From Clostridia bacterium (lineage in GTDB: Bacteria; Bacillota; Clostridia; UBA1381), in contig JAFUJN010000125.1 of NCBI GenBank assembly GCA_017468095.1, positions 1 to 41,399 of the forward strand: 41,399 nt of DNA, given 5' to 3'. The translations under genes were made by a program, and so were the position numbers. This document shows positions 17,146 to 26,092 of this stretch, piece after piece; positions within the stretch are counted from its first letter, which is position 1, and each line of letters starts with the position of its first letter. The notes under the pieces were generated by a model. That model was not told where the DNA came from. It searched no databases and worked only from the letters and a program-made list of their open reading frames with translations.

Positions 17146-18012
17146 ATGAAAATTTATGAAGAAAATGGCAATTTAATACTTTCCGGTGTCCGTGATTTTG
17201 AGCTTTTGGAAACCTTTGATTGCGGTCAATGTTTCCGTTGGGATAAGGAAGATGACGCATATTTCGGCGTAGCTTTTGGTATGCCACTAAAAATTGCTCA
17301 AAAAGGTGATGTTATAACTCTTTATAACACTTCCCGTGATGGCTGGGACAAGGTATGGAGCGGATATTTTGATATGGAAAGGGACTATGGCGAAATCAAA
17401 AACCGCTTATCCCAAGACCCTGTTATGAAAACGGCTTCAAGCTTTGGCGGCGGCATACGCCTACTTGCTCAGGAGCCTTTTGAGTGCCTTATTTCCTTTA
17501 TAATTTCCGCCAGCAATAATATTCCCAGAATTAAGAAAATTATTGACAGTCTTTGCACCAATTTTGGCGATAAAGTAACCTACCTTGGCAAAGATTTTTA
17601 TACATTCCCGACGCCCGAAAGGTTGGCAAGTCTTGAACTTTCCGATTTGGCGGTTATAAAAGCAGGATTTCGGGATAAATACATTCTAAACGCCGCAAAA
17701 GCTGTGGCATCAGGCCAGATAGACCTTGGGTGTTTAAAATCCGCAAGTTATGAGTATGCTAAAGGTGAGCTTTTAAAGCTTTCCGGCGTAGGAAACAAGG
17801 TGGCGGACTGTGTGCTTTTATTTTCTCTGGAAAAATACGCAAGCTTCCCTGTTGATGTTTGGATTAAACGTATAATGGAGCATTGCTATTTTGACGGTGA
17901 AACTGATAAAGAAACCATTTCGCTACTTGCCTATGAAAAATTCGGCGAGCTTGGCGGTTTTGCACAGCAATACCTGTTTTACTGGGCAAGAGAAAATAAG
18001 ATTGGAATTTAA
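17146..18012 (+). CDS. ogg: 8-oxoguanine DNA glycosylase / AP lyase (Ogg, HhH-GPD superfamily)
   Basis: FDCGQCFRW N-terminal motif as in clostridial Ogg. HhH-GPD segment LSGVGNKVADCVLLF. VDVWIKR motif. The ATG at 17146 is preferred to the TTG at 17140. Confidence 0.82.
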   Translation: MKIYEENGNLILSGVRDFELLETFDCGQCFRWDKEDDAYFGVAFGMPLKIAQKGDVITLYNTSRDGWDKVWSGYFDMERDYGEIKNRLSQDPVMKTASSFGGGIRLLAQEPFECLISFIISASNNIPRIKKIIDSLCTNFGDKVTYLGKDFYTFPTPERLASLELSDLAVIKAGFRDKYILNAAKAVASGQIDLGCLKSASYEYAKGELLKLSGVGNKVADCVLLFSLEKYASFPVDVWIKRIMEHCYFDGETDKETISLLAYEKFGELGGFAQQYLFYWARENKIGI

Positions 18013-18015
18013 ATT

Positions 18016-18612
18016 ATGATTAAAGAATTCAAAAAATCTATCGGTTATATATGCCCCGGCTGTTCTGCTATTGCCATTTGGGATAAAAACCTTTTTGACT
18101 TCTCAGGCGATGAGACTGCAGTTTTTAAATGTCACTCAAAATGCGGAGAAGAATGTGTGGCAATAACGCCGAAAAAGGATAAATATTCTATACTTATAAA
18201 CTGCCCGATGTGTGACGAAGCCCATCTTTTCAACGTGAGAAAAATCACCTTCTGGCAAAGCAAGTTCTTTGTTCTTCATTGCCCTGAAACGGGAATAGGC
18301 ATTCTGTTTTTAGGCGACCACGATACCGTAAAACACGAGCTCAGCGAACAAGAGCAAATGTTTATTAAGCTTTCTGAGGAATGCGACGTAACCCGCGAGC
18401 TTACTATGATTTTTGAGATAGTTGAGCGCATAAACGAGATTGCAAAGGAAGAAAATGTGTTTTGCGCTTGCGGAAGTCACGCCATTTCCATCGAGATAGA
18501 CAACGAAAAAATCACACTAAAATGCCGTGATTGCGGTAAGATAAAGGACATTCCTGCAAGCGAGGAAAGTCTTCAGAATTTGTTAAATGCAAGTGCCATT
18601 GTGCTTGATTAA
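18016..18612 (+). CDS. Uncharacterised Cys-rich protein with several CxxC pairs (zinc-ribbon-like modules)
   Basis: 198 aa. CPGC...CHSKCGEEC, CPMC...HCPETG and CACGSH...CRDCGK. It starts 4 nt after the ogg stop. Confidence 0.6.
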   Translation: MIKEFKKSIGYICPGCSAIAIWDKNLFDFSGDETAVFKCHSKCGEECVAITPKKDKYSILINCPMCDEAHLFNVRKITFWQSKFFVLHCPETGIGILFLGDHDTVKHELSEQEQMFIKLSEECDVTRELTMIFEIVERINEIAKEENVFCACGSHAISIEIDNEKITLKCRDCGKIKDIPASEESLQNLLNASAIVLD

Positions 18613-18644
18613 AAAAAATAATTTATATAAGGAGGAAACTTACT

Positions 18645-19508
18645 ATGTTAGTTTCAGCAACAGAAATGTTAAAGAAAGCCGTAGAAGGCAAGTATGCAGT
18701 AGGCCAATTTAACATAAACAACCTAGAGTGGACAAAGGCCATTCTTTTGACAGCACAGGAAAACAATTCTCCTGTAATCCTTGGTGTATCTGAGGGTGCC
18801 GGAAAATATATGACCGGTATGAAGACAGTTGCAGCTATGGTAAAGGCTATGGTTGAAGATCTTAAGATTACAGTTCCTGTAGCTCTTCACTTAGACCACG
18901 GCTCATATGACGGCGCTTACGGCTGTATCGAAGCTGGTTTCTCATCAATTATGTTCGACGGTTCTCACTACCCAATCGAAGAAAACATCGCAAAAACAAA
19001 GGAATTGGTTGACGTTTGTCATTCTAAGGGCATCTCAATCGAAGCTGAAGTTGGTTCAATCGGCGGTGAAGAAGACGGCGTTGTTGGTGCAGGCGAAGTT
19101 GCAGACCCTGCTGAATGCAAGATGATTGCTGACCTTGGCGTAGATTTCTTGGCTGCTGGTATCGGTAACATCCACGGTAAGTACCCAGAAAACTGGAAAG
19201 GTCTTGACTTTGACGCTTTAGCTAAAATCAAGGATCAGATTGGCGACCTTCCACTAGTTCTTCACGGCGGTACAGGTATCCCTGCTGAAATGATTCAGAA
19301 AGCTATCTCTCTTGGCGTTGCAAAAATCAACGTTAACACAGAATGCCAGCTTTACTTCCAGGAAGCTACAAGAAAGTACATCGAAGCTGGTAAGGACCTT
19401 GAAGGTAAGGGCTTTGACCCAAGAAAGCTTCTTGCTCCTGGCTTTGAAGCTATTAAGACTATCGTTAAAGAAAAGATGGAACTTTTCGGTTCAATCAATA
19501 AGGCGTAA
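18645..19508 (+). CDS. fba: Class II fructose-1,6-bisphosphate aldolase
   Basis: 287 aa. VALHLDHG, FDGSH, NIHG and LVLHGG(T)G motifs. AAGGAGGA SD. Confidence 0.95.
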   Translation: MLVSATEMLKKAVEGKYAVGQFNINNLEWTKAILLTAQENNSPVILGVSEGAGKYMTGMKTVAAMVKAMVEDLKITVPVALHLDHGSYDGAYGCIEAGFSSIMFDGSHYPIEENIAKTKELVDVCHSKGISIEAEVGSIGGEEDGVVGAGEVADPAECKMIADLGVDFLAAGIGNIHGKYPENWKGLDFDALAKIKDQIGDLPLVLHGGTGIPAEMIQKAISLGVAKINVNTECQLYFQEATRKYIEAGKDLEGKGFDPRKLLAPGFEAIKTIVKEKMELFGSINKA

Positions 19509-19518
19509 GTTTAAAAGT

Positions 19519-19553
19519 AAACACCACCTGTCAAAAACAGGTGGTGTTTTTTG
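19519..19553 (+). terminator. Intrinsic terminator of fba
   Basis: AACACCACCTG-TCAAAAA-CAGGTGGTGTT followed by TTTTTT. Confidence 0.85.
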
Positions 19554-19593
19554 GTGTGTGGTAACACTCTTTTGAGCATACATTTTATGTAAT

Positions 19594-19752
19594 TAAAAAA
19601 AGCGCACCGAAGTGCGCCGAAAAATGCACGCTCCGTTTACTGCGACATAAACTGAACGAAACACAAGTACAACATGCATCAAAATGCGTGCATTTTTGCC
19701 GAAAACAAAAATACACATTGCACAAATGTTTCTTTTATTCAATTTATGTCGC
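19594..19752 (-). ncRNA. Candidate orphan small RNA (~160 nt, unclassified)
   Basis: It is bounded by a consensus promoter (19759-19787) and an intrinsic terminator, GCGCAC-UUCG-GUGCGC followed by U7 (19594-19617). Long-range helix 19743-19753 / 19641-19651. Competing 12-bp helix 19686-19697 / 19620-19631. No ORF with a Shine-Dalgarno. Confidence 0.5.
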
Positions 19753-19758
19753 AAATTT

Positions 19759-19787
19759 ATTATAACACACTCAAATTCCCCTGTCAA
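19759..19787 (-). promoter_or_regulatory. Consensus sigma-A promoter (extended -10) of the candidate sRNA
   Basis: Minus strand reads TTGACA (19782-19787) - 17 nt ending in TGt - TATAAT (19759-19764). Confidence 0.65.
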
Positions 19788-19834
19788 GCTACTATTCCCG
19801 CTAAAACTTTCATATTCTTATACTGGGTGATTAT

Positions 19835-20686
19835 ATGAAAAAACTTATTCTCGGCATCATTTCCGTCTTTTTGGCGGTTATTCTTTTTATACTTTGCAAA
19901 AACTCTCTTGAAACTCTGCCTGTTTTTACTGAAAACACGCCTGTGCATCTTCCAATCCTGATGTATCACAGCGTTTTATGTGACCCACAGCGAACAGGCA
20001 AATACACCATAACCCCGAAAAAGTTTGAAGATGACCTTATATATTTAAAAGCCAACGGCTATGAAACGGTATCCTTAAAACAGGTGGTGAAATACGTTTA
20101 TCAAGGCGAGCCACTTCCTGAAAAACCCGTTTTGCTCACCTTTGATGATGGGATGTATAACAACAAGGAATACGTTCTTCCTATTCTCGAAAAACACGAT
20201 GCCTGCGCTGTTTTTGCGGTGGTTGGGAGCTATACCGATGAATATTCGCTATCTAATATTACCAACCCAAATTACAGTTACTTGAGATGGAGCGACATAA
20301 ACGAGCTTATGGAATCAGGACATGTGGAATTTGCAAGCCATTCCTATAACCTGCACAACATTTCCGCAAAAAGATATGGTACGGCGAAAAACAAAGGCGA
20401 AAGCACCCTTGACTTCATTTCCGTCTTCCACGAAGACACACAAAAAATGCAGTCGGCATTTAGTACCAACTGCGTTTTTACGCCCTTTTCTTATGCCTAT
20501 CCGTTGGGGAATTTCAGCAAAGAGAGTGAGCGAGTTCTTAAAAAGTCAGGCTTTCTTTCAAGCTTTTCCTGTATAGAGGGCATCAACATCATAACCCAAG
20601 GCGACCCCGATTGCCTTTATCTTTTAAAGCGTTATAACCGCGACGGCAGGCTATCCACAGAGAAATTTTTCAAAAAAATAATGTAA
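19835..20686 (+). CDS. Polysaccharide deacetylase (NodB-homology, CE4) with N-terminal membrane anchor or signal
   Basis: 283 aa. N-terminal hydrophobic segment ILGIISVFLAVILFIL. LTFDDG motif. HSYNLH motif. Confidence 0.85.
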   Translation: MKKLILGIISVFLAVILFILCKNSLETLPVFTENTPVHLPILMYHSVLCDPQRTGKYTITPKKFEDDLIYLKANGYETVSLKQVVKYVYQGEPLPEKPVLLTFDDGMYNNKEYVLPILEKHDACAVFAVVGSYTDEYSLSNITNPNYSYLRWSDINELMESGHVEFASHSYNLHNISAKRYGTAKNKGESTLDFISVFHEDTQKMQSAFSTNCVFTPFSYAYPLGNFSKESERVLKKSGFLSSFSCIEGINIITQGDPDCLYLLKRYNRDGRLSTEKFFKKIM

Positions 20687-20710
20687 GGAACAGATGTTCC
20701 TTACATTTTA
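20683..20710. terminator. Bidirectional terminator between the deacetylase gene and the dnaK-operon tail
   Basis: GTAAGGAAC-AGAT-GTTCCTTAC with T-rich flanks in both senses. It overlaps both stop codons. Confidence 0.7.
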
Positions 20711-21265
20711 AATTTCCTGATATTTTTCCCTGCCAATTTGGTAGATGTCATTTCCATCACTATCCACAAGGACGGTACACGGAAAATCTTCCACATAAAG
20801 CTTTCTTATTGCCTCTGTTCCCAAATCGTCATAGGCAATGACTTCGGCGCTTTTTATGCACTCTGCAATAAGTGCACCTGCACCGCCGATTGCACCTAGA
20901 TAAACGCAGGTGTTTCGCTTAATTGCTTCAATTACGTCAGGGTTTCGTGCGCCTTTTCCAATCATAACCTTAAGGCCGCAATCTAAAAGAAGTGGTGTGT
21001 ATGCATCCATTCTTCCCGATGTGGTTGGCCCGCAAGAGCCGATTATCTCACCAGGTTTTGCAGGGCAAGGGCCTGCATAGTAAATCGCTTTACCTTTTAT
21101 ATCAAAAGGAAAGCCCTTACCTTCTTTATATTCCCTTGTCATTCTCTCGTGAGCAGCATCACGTGCTGTGTAAATCACGCCTGACAGCAAAACCAAATCT
21201 CCTGCTTTTAAGGTCTTGATTTTTTCGCTTGTTAAGTCTTCTACCTTTATTTTCAAAGTATCCAT
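20708..21265 (-). CDS. Fe-S type hydro-lyase beta subunit (class I fumarate hydratase / L(+)-tartrate dehydratase beta, FumA C-terminal domain)
   Basis: 185 aa. LSGVIYTARDAAHERM, GPTTSGRMD and MIGKG motifs. The start overlaps the dnaJ stop (TAATG). No alpha-subunit gene is in the window. Confidence 0.85.
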   Translation of the reverse strand: MDTLKIKVEDLTSEKIKTLKAGDLVLLSGVIYTARDAAHERMTREYKEGKGFPFDIKGKAIYYAGPCPAKPGEIIGSCGPTTSGRMDAYTPLLLDCGLKVMIGKGARNPDVIEAIKRNTCVYLGAIGGAGALIAECIKSAEVIAYDDLGTEAIRKLYVEDFPCTVLVDSDGNDIYQIGREKYQEI

Positions 21266-22416
21266 TACTTAAAAATTTCCTTCATCATATCTATAAATCC
21301 CTTACGGTTTTTATAGTTTTTCTCTTCTATTGTGCCGTCAAACTCACGAAGCAGGTCTTTCTGCTTAGATGTTAAGTTCTTTGGTGTTTCCACAATAACG
21401 GTCACGTACTGGTCACCCTTACCTTTTCCGCGAATATACGGAATACCCTTGCCACGAAGTCTGAATACGCTTCCTGTCTGGGTTTCTTCAGGGATGTCAT
21501 ACTCAACTACGCCGTGGATTGTCGGCACTTTTATGCTTGCGCCAAGTGCCGCTTGTGCAAAGGTGATCGGCATTTCAATATACACGTCAAAATCGTCACG
21601 CTGGAAAATTTCGTGCTTTTTAATTCTGATTGTAACAAGCAAATCGCCGTTTGGGCCACCCTTTGTTCCAGGCTCACCGCCACCCGAAATCTGCATTGTC
21701 TGTCCGTCATTGATACCCTGCGGAATGTCAATTTCAATGGTCTTTGAAACACGAACCTTACCGCTTCCGTGACAGGTCTGGCAAGGGTCTTTAATAATCT
21801 TTCCTTCACCGCGACATTCAGGGCAAACGCCTGTTGAACGCATATATCCAAGGGGTGTTCTTGTCTGGGTTGTAACCTGACCTGAACCGCCACAACGAGT
21901 ACAAGTTTGCGCTGATGTTCCAGGCTTTGCACCGCTTCCGTGACAAGTGTCGCAGTTTTCCATTTTGTCAAGTGTAATTTTCTTCTTACAGCCAAAAGCT
22001 GCTTCGTGGAATGTTACTTCAATGGTTTTTCTTATGTCAGCGCCACGTCTTGGGCCGTTTCTTCTGGCTCCGCCGCCACCAAAACCGCCAAATCCGCCGC
22101 CGAAAATGTTGGAGAATATGTCACCAAAATCTTCAAAACCGCCGAAGCCACCGCCATAAGCACCACCGCCACCTGCGCCGAAGTTCGGGTCAACACCTGC
22201 GTGACCAAACTGGTCATAGCGTGACTTTTTATCGTCATCAGAAAGCACTTCATAGGCTTCGTTCACTTCCTTGAACTTTGCCTCAGCCTCCTTGTCACCT
22301 GGATGCAGGTCAGGGTGATACTTTTTCGCCTCTTTTCTGTAGGCTTTCTTTATTTCGTCTGCTGATGCGCTCTTATTAACGCCCAGCACCTCGTAGTAAT
22401 CTCTTTTATCAGCCAC
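21265..22416 (-). CDS. dnaJ: Molecular chaperone DnaJ
   Basis: J domain with HPD. G/F-rich linker. Four CxxCxGxG zinc-finger repeats. Confidence 0.97.
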   Translation of the reverse strand: MADKRDYYEVLGVNKSASADEIKKAYRKEAKKYHPDLHPGDKEAEAKFKEVNEAYEVLSDDDKKSRYDQFGHAGVDPNFGAGGGGAYGGGFGGFEDFGDIFSNIFGGGFGGFGGGGARRNGPRRGADIRKTIEVTFHEAAFGCKKKITLDKMENCDTCHGSGAKPGTSAQTCTRCGGSGQVTTQTRTPLGYMRSTGVCPECRGEGKIIKDPCQTCHGSGKVRVSKTIEIDIPQGINDGQTMQISGGGEPGTKGGPNGDLLVTIRIKKHEIFQRDDFDVYIEMPITFAQAALGASIKVPTIHGVVEYDIPEETQTGSVFRLRGKGIPYIRGKGKGDQYVTVIVETPKNLTSKQKDLLREFDGTIEEKNYKNRKGFIDMMKEIFK

Positions 22417-22441
22417 TTATTTTCACCTCATAATTACGGGT

Positions 22442-22465
22442 AAAAGGGCAACGTTTCCGCCGCCC
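22442..22465 (-). terminator. dnaK-dnaJ intergenic hairpin (partial terminator or attenuator)
   Basis: Minus sense reads GGGCGGCG-GAAA-CGUUGCCC (8 bp, two G.U pairs that form only in the minus sense, GNRA loop) followed by UUUUA. Confidence 0.45.
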
Positions 22466-22480
22466 TATATAGTCCTTTAA

Positions 22481-24337
22481 TTATTTATCTTCGTCAACTT
22501 CTCTGTAATCAGCTTCGTACACGTTGTCGCCCTGCTGTGCACCACCCCCAGCACCCTGTGCAAAGTCTTCAGGATTAAAGCCTGCACCGCCTTGTGCTCC
22601 CTGTGGGTTTGCCTGCTGATACATCTTTTCAGAAACCTTATAGAATGCCTGTGTTAGTGCTTCTGATGCTGACTTAATTGCATCTGCATCTGTGCCCTTT
22701 AGTGCTTCCTTAACCTTTTCGATTTCAGCTTCGATTGATGCTTTGTCACCAGCGTCTATCTTGTCACCGATTTCGCCAAGTGTCTTTTCGCACTGGTAAA
22801 CCATGCTTTCAGCGTTGTTTCTTGTTTCAACTTCTTCTTTTCTCTTCTTATCTTCTTCAGCGTACTTTTCAGCTTCTTTTACAGCCTTTTCGATGTCTTC
22901 TTCAGAAAGGTTAGAAGATGCAGTAATTGTAATCTTCTGCTCGTTGCCTGTGCCCATATCCTTAGCTGATACCTTAACGATACCGTTTGCGTCGATATCG
23001 AAAGTAACTTCAATCTGTGGAACGCCACGTGGAGCCGGAGCAATACCTGTTAGGCTGAAGCGTCCAAGAGTCTTGTTATACTGAGCCATATCTCGCTCAC
23101 CCTGAAGAACGTGTACTTCAACAGAAGTCTGACCGTCTGCAGCAGTTGAGAAAATCTGTGATTTCTTTGTTGGGATAGTTGTGTTTCTTTCGATAAGTCT
23201 TGTGAATACGCCGCCCATTGTTTCAATACCAAGTGAAAGCGGAGTTACGTCAAGAAGCAATAGGTCTTTAACGTCACCTGCCAAAACGCCTGCCTGAACT
23301 GCAGCACCCAGTGCCACACATTCGTCAGGGTTAATGCCCTTTGTTGGTTCCTGACCCATTTCGTTCTTAACAGCTTCCTGAACAGCAGGGATTCTTGAAG
23401 AACCACCAACCAAAAGTACCTTATCGATGTCGCCCTTAGAAAGTCCCGCATCGTTCATTGCATTCTTGATGCAAACAAGTGTTTTTGCAACAAGATCCTG
23501 AGTTAATTCGTCAAACTTAGCCTTTGTTAATGTGATGTCAAGGTGCTTTGGACCTGTTGCATCAGCTGTGATAAATGGTAGGTTAACGTTTGATGTAGTC
23601 ATACCAGAAAGCTCAATCTTTGACTTTTCTGCAGCTTCCTTAAGTCTCTGCATAGCCATCTTGTCGCCTGTTAGGTCGATGCCTGTTTCCTTTTTAAATT
23701 CAGCTGCTAAATAATCGATAATTCTCTGGTCAAAGTCGTCACCGCCAAGGCGTGTGTCGCCGTTTGTTGAAAGAACTTCAAATACGCCGTCACCGATTTC
23801 AAGGATAGATACGTCGAATGTACCACCGCCAAGGTCATATACCATAATCTTCTGGTCAGAATCGTTCATACCGTAAGCAAGAGCAGCTGCTGTTGGCTCG
23901 TTGATAATTCGAAGAACTTCAAGGCCTGCAATTTTACCTGCGTCCTTTGTTGCCTGACGCTGTGAGTCAGAGAAGTATGCAGGAACTGTGATAACAGCCT
24001 GAGTTACAGTTTCGCCAAGGTAGCTTTCAGCGTCAGCCTTTAGCTTTGATAGAATCATTGCTGAAATCTCTTGTGGTGTGTAGTCCTTGCCGTCGATTGT
24101 AGTTTTGAAGTTTGTGCCCATTTCACGCTTAATTGACATAATTGTTCTGTCAGCGTTTGTAACTGCCTGTCTTTTTGCAACCTGACCAACGATTCTTTCG
24201 CCGTCTTTCTGGAAAGCAACAACAGATGGTGTTGTTCTTGCACCTTCTGAGTTTGCTATAACAGTTGGGTTACCGCCTTCGATAACCGCAACACATGAGT
24301 TTGTTGTACCTAAGTCAATACCAATAATTTTTGCCAT
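22481..24337 (-). CDS. dnaK: Molecular chaperone DnaK (Hsp70)
   Basis: 618 aa. [18 protein letters not shown] and other canonical Hsp70 signatures. Confidence 0.98.
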   Translation of the reverse strand: MAKIIGIDLGTTNSCVAVIEGGNPTVIANSEGARTTPSVVAFQKDGERIVGQVAKRQAVTNADRTIMSIKREMGTNFKTTIDGKDYTPQEISAMILSKLKADAESYLGETVTQAVITVPAYFSDSQRQATKDAGKIAGLEVLRIINEPTAAALAYGMNDSDQKIMVYDLGGGTFDVSILEIGDGVFEVLSTNGDTRLGGDDFDQRIIDYLAAEFKKETGIDLTGDKMAMQRLKEAAEKSKIELSGMTTSNVNLPFITADATGPKHLDITLTKAKFDELTQDLVAKTLVCIKNAMNDAGLSKGDIDKVLLVGGSSRIPAVQEAVKNEMGQEPTKGINPDECVALGAAVQAGVLAGDVKDLLLLDVTPLSLGIETMGGVFTRLIERNTTIPTKKSQIFSTAADGQTSVEVHVLQGERDMAQYNKTLGRFSLTGIAPAPRGVPQIEVTFDIDANGIVKVSAKDMGTGNEQKITITASSNLSEEDIEKAVKEAEKYAEEDKKRKEEVETRNNAESMVYQCEKTLGEIGDKIDAGDKASIEAEIEKVKEALKGTDADAIKSASEALTQAFYKVSEKMYQQANPQGAQGGAGFNPEDFAQGAGGGAQQGDNVYEADYREVDEDK

Positions 24338-24369
24338 TTTTTTATTCCTCCAAATAATTATTTTCTAAT

Positions 24370-24891
24370 TTAGTTTGCTACTTTAACCATAGAATAGCGT
24401 ACTACTCTATCATTGTTGTAAATGTAGCCTTTCATAAACTCTTCAACCACAACATTTTCGCCTACGGTCTCATCGTCTATATGCATTACGGCGTTGTGAA
24501 GATTTGGGTTAAACTGTTCTCCCACAGCCGCAATTTCGGTAACGCCAAGCTTTGTAAGTGAGTCAACCATCTGCTTTTTGGTCATTTCCACGCCCTCTTT
24601 AAAGCTTTTCGCATCCTCTGATGTAACTTCTACTGCCAAGGCTCTGTCCAAATTATCAAGAACAGGCAGTATTTCCGCCACGCTGTCAATTACAGCATCG
24701 GCATATCTTGCGTCTTTTTCCTTTTGGGTTCGCTTTTTATAGTTTTCAAACTCCGCATAAAGACGAAGATATTTGTCTTCCGCTTCCGCTAATTTTTCGT
24801 TATCTTCTTCCAGCGGGTCTTTTTCTTCAATTATTTCTTCAGTTGTTTCTTCCGCTTCTTCAGAAAGTGTGCTCTTTTCTTCTTCTGCCAA
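24370..24891 (-). CDS. grpE: Nucleotide exchange factor GrpE
   Basis: 173 aa. Acidic N-terminus. YLRLYAEFENYKKR motif. Position between hrcA and dnaK. Confidence 0.95.
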   Translation of the reverse strand: MAEEEKSTLSEEAEETTEEIIEEKDPLEEDNEKLAEAEDKYLRLYAEFENYKKRTQKEKDARYADAVIDSVAEILPVLDNLDRALAVEVTSEDAKSFKEGVEMTKKQMVDSLTKLGVTEIAAVGEQFNPNLHNAVMHIDDETVGENVVVEEFMKGYIYNNDRVVRYSMVKVAN

Positions 24892-24894
24892 CTT

Positions 24895-25944
24895 TTACAC
24901 ATCTCCTTCTTTGTTGTATAGTTCGTAAAGTATTTTATCTACCTGATTTGAAATACAATCAAGACTTGCAATAACTTTAGCGTAATTCATTCGCTTTGGT
25001 CCGATTACGCCGATTCGTCCGATTGTTTTATCATTCATAGAGTAGTTTACGGTAATCATACTTGAATTTGAAAGCTCTTCAAATTCGTTTTCTGCGCCGA
25101 TTCTTATATCAACGCCGTCCTTTGCACTGCCAAGGAGTTTTACAAGATTATCCTTGTTATCTAAAAACGCCAGCATTTCTCTTGCCTTTCCAACATCGGA
25201 AAATTCAGGGTAGGAAAGGATTGATTTTGCGTTATTTACATAAACCTCAGTATAGTCAAGGGAATCGATTGCCTCGTACACGAAGTTTAACATATTTATA
25301 ATCACTTTCGGTGCAATATTAAAGCTTTCGTCAATTTCCTTGCCGATTTCCTTGATTTTGTCAAGAGTAAGTTCTTCTGCTGTAAGTCCGCTTATTCTGC
25401 GGTTTAGAACTTCGGAAAGCTGTGACGCTTCAACATCATTTAGGTTAAGCTCAACCGACTGATTTTTTATAATACCTGCGCTTGTTATAATCACAATCAT
25501 AACGTTTCCAAAACCAAGACTTACAAGCTCAATCTTTTTAATTCTTGCACTGGTTAGCTTCGGCGATGTAACCACCGTTGTATATTCAGTTAAGGTTGAT
25601 GCCATAAGGCTTGCCTTTTTGATTATAAGCTCAAGCTGATTAACTCTGTCCGCCATAATGGCTTGCATCTTCTCTAATGCTTCAACGCTCATCTGATAGC
25701 GACGCATTAGAGAGTTAACATAAAATCTGTATCCCACATCGGATGGGACTCTTCCTGCTGAAGTATGGGGCTGAATTAAAAATCCCATTTCTTCAAGGTC
25801 CGCCATTTCGTTACGGATTGTAGCACTTGACAATCCAAGCTCATTCTTTTTTGAAATAGCACGAGAGCCAACAGGCTCGGCTGTACCAATATATTCATCA
25901 ATTACCGCTTGAAGAATTTTCTGTTTTCTTTCGCTGAGTTCCAT
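24895..25944 (-). CDS. hrcA: Heat-inducible transcription repressor HrcA
   Basis: 349 aa. N-terminal winged helix, LSERKQKILQAVIDEYIGTAEPVGSR. CIRCE lies upstream. Confidence 0.96.
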   Translation of the reverse strand: MELSERKQKILQAVIDEYIGTAEPVGSRAISKKNELGLSSATIRNEMADLEEMGFLIQPHTSAGRVPSDVGYRFYVNSLMRRYQMSVEALEKMQAIMADRVNQLELIIKKASLMASTLTEYTTVVTSPKLTSARIKKIELVSLGFGNVMIVIITSAGIIKNQSVELNLNDVEASQLSEVLNRRISGLTAEELTLDKIKEIGKEIDESFNIAPKVIINMLNFVYEAIDSLDYTEVYVNNAKSILSYPEFSDVGKAREMLAFLDNKDNLVKLLGSAKDGVDIRIGAENEFEELSNSSMITVNYSMNDKTIGRIGVIGPKRMNYAKVIASLDCISNQVDKILYELYNKEGDV

Positions 25945-25973
25945 CGCTCTCTCCTTCCAAATTTAAAATACTG

Positions 25974-26000
25974 TTAGCACTCATCTCTTTCGAGTGCTAA
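25974..26000. promoter_or_regulatory. CIRCE operator (HrcA binding site)
   Basis: TTAGCACTC-N9-GAGTGCTAA, a perfect match to the consensus, between the promoter and the hrcA start. Confidence 0.95.
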
Positions 26001-26008
26001 CAGTACTA

Positions 26009-26037
26009 ATAATACCCCTATTTTCCTTGTTTGTCAA
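26009..26037 (-). promoter_or_regulatory. Sigma-A promoter of the hrcA-grpE-dnaK-dnaJ operon
   Basis: Minus strand reads TTGACA (26032-26037) - 17 nt - TATTAT (26009-26014), immediately upstream of CIRCE. Confidence 0.7.
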
Positions 26038-26092
26038 TAGCTTTGCGAGATTTTGCAAGGTTTTTTCAAGGTTTTTTACAAAAAGTTCACAT

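Noticed and set aside
19594-19752. Calling the orphan RNA a 6S RNA because it can fold into a long rod
   Set aside because: It is too short. The closing helix leaves a ~47-nt 3' extension. I cannot identify the conserved central-bubble features. I leave it unclassified.
19593-19969. ORFs 19593..19787 (64 aa) and 19784..19969 (61 aa) on the minus strand
   Set aside because: The first begins upstream of the predicted TSS and ends inside the terminator stem, with no SD. The second is antisense to the deacetylase 5' end and promoter region. Neither looks coding.
21332-22274. Multiple ORFs of 70-154 aa in other frames and on the other strand within dnaJ
   Set aside because: They are generated by the Gly-rich and Cys-repeat coding sequence of dnaJ. 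Their composition is biased (R/H/Q- or P-rich) and they have no start context.
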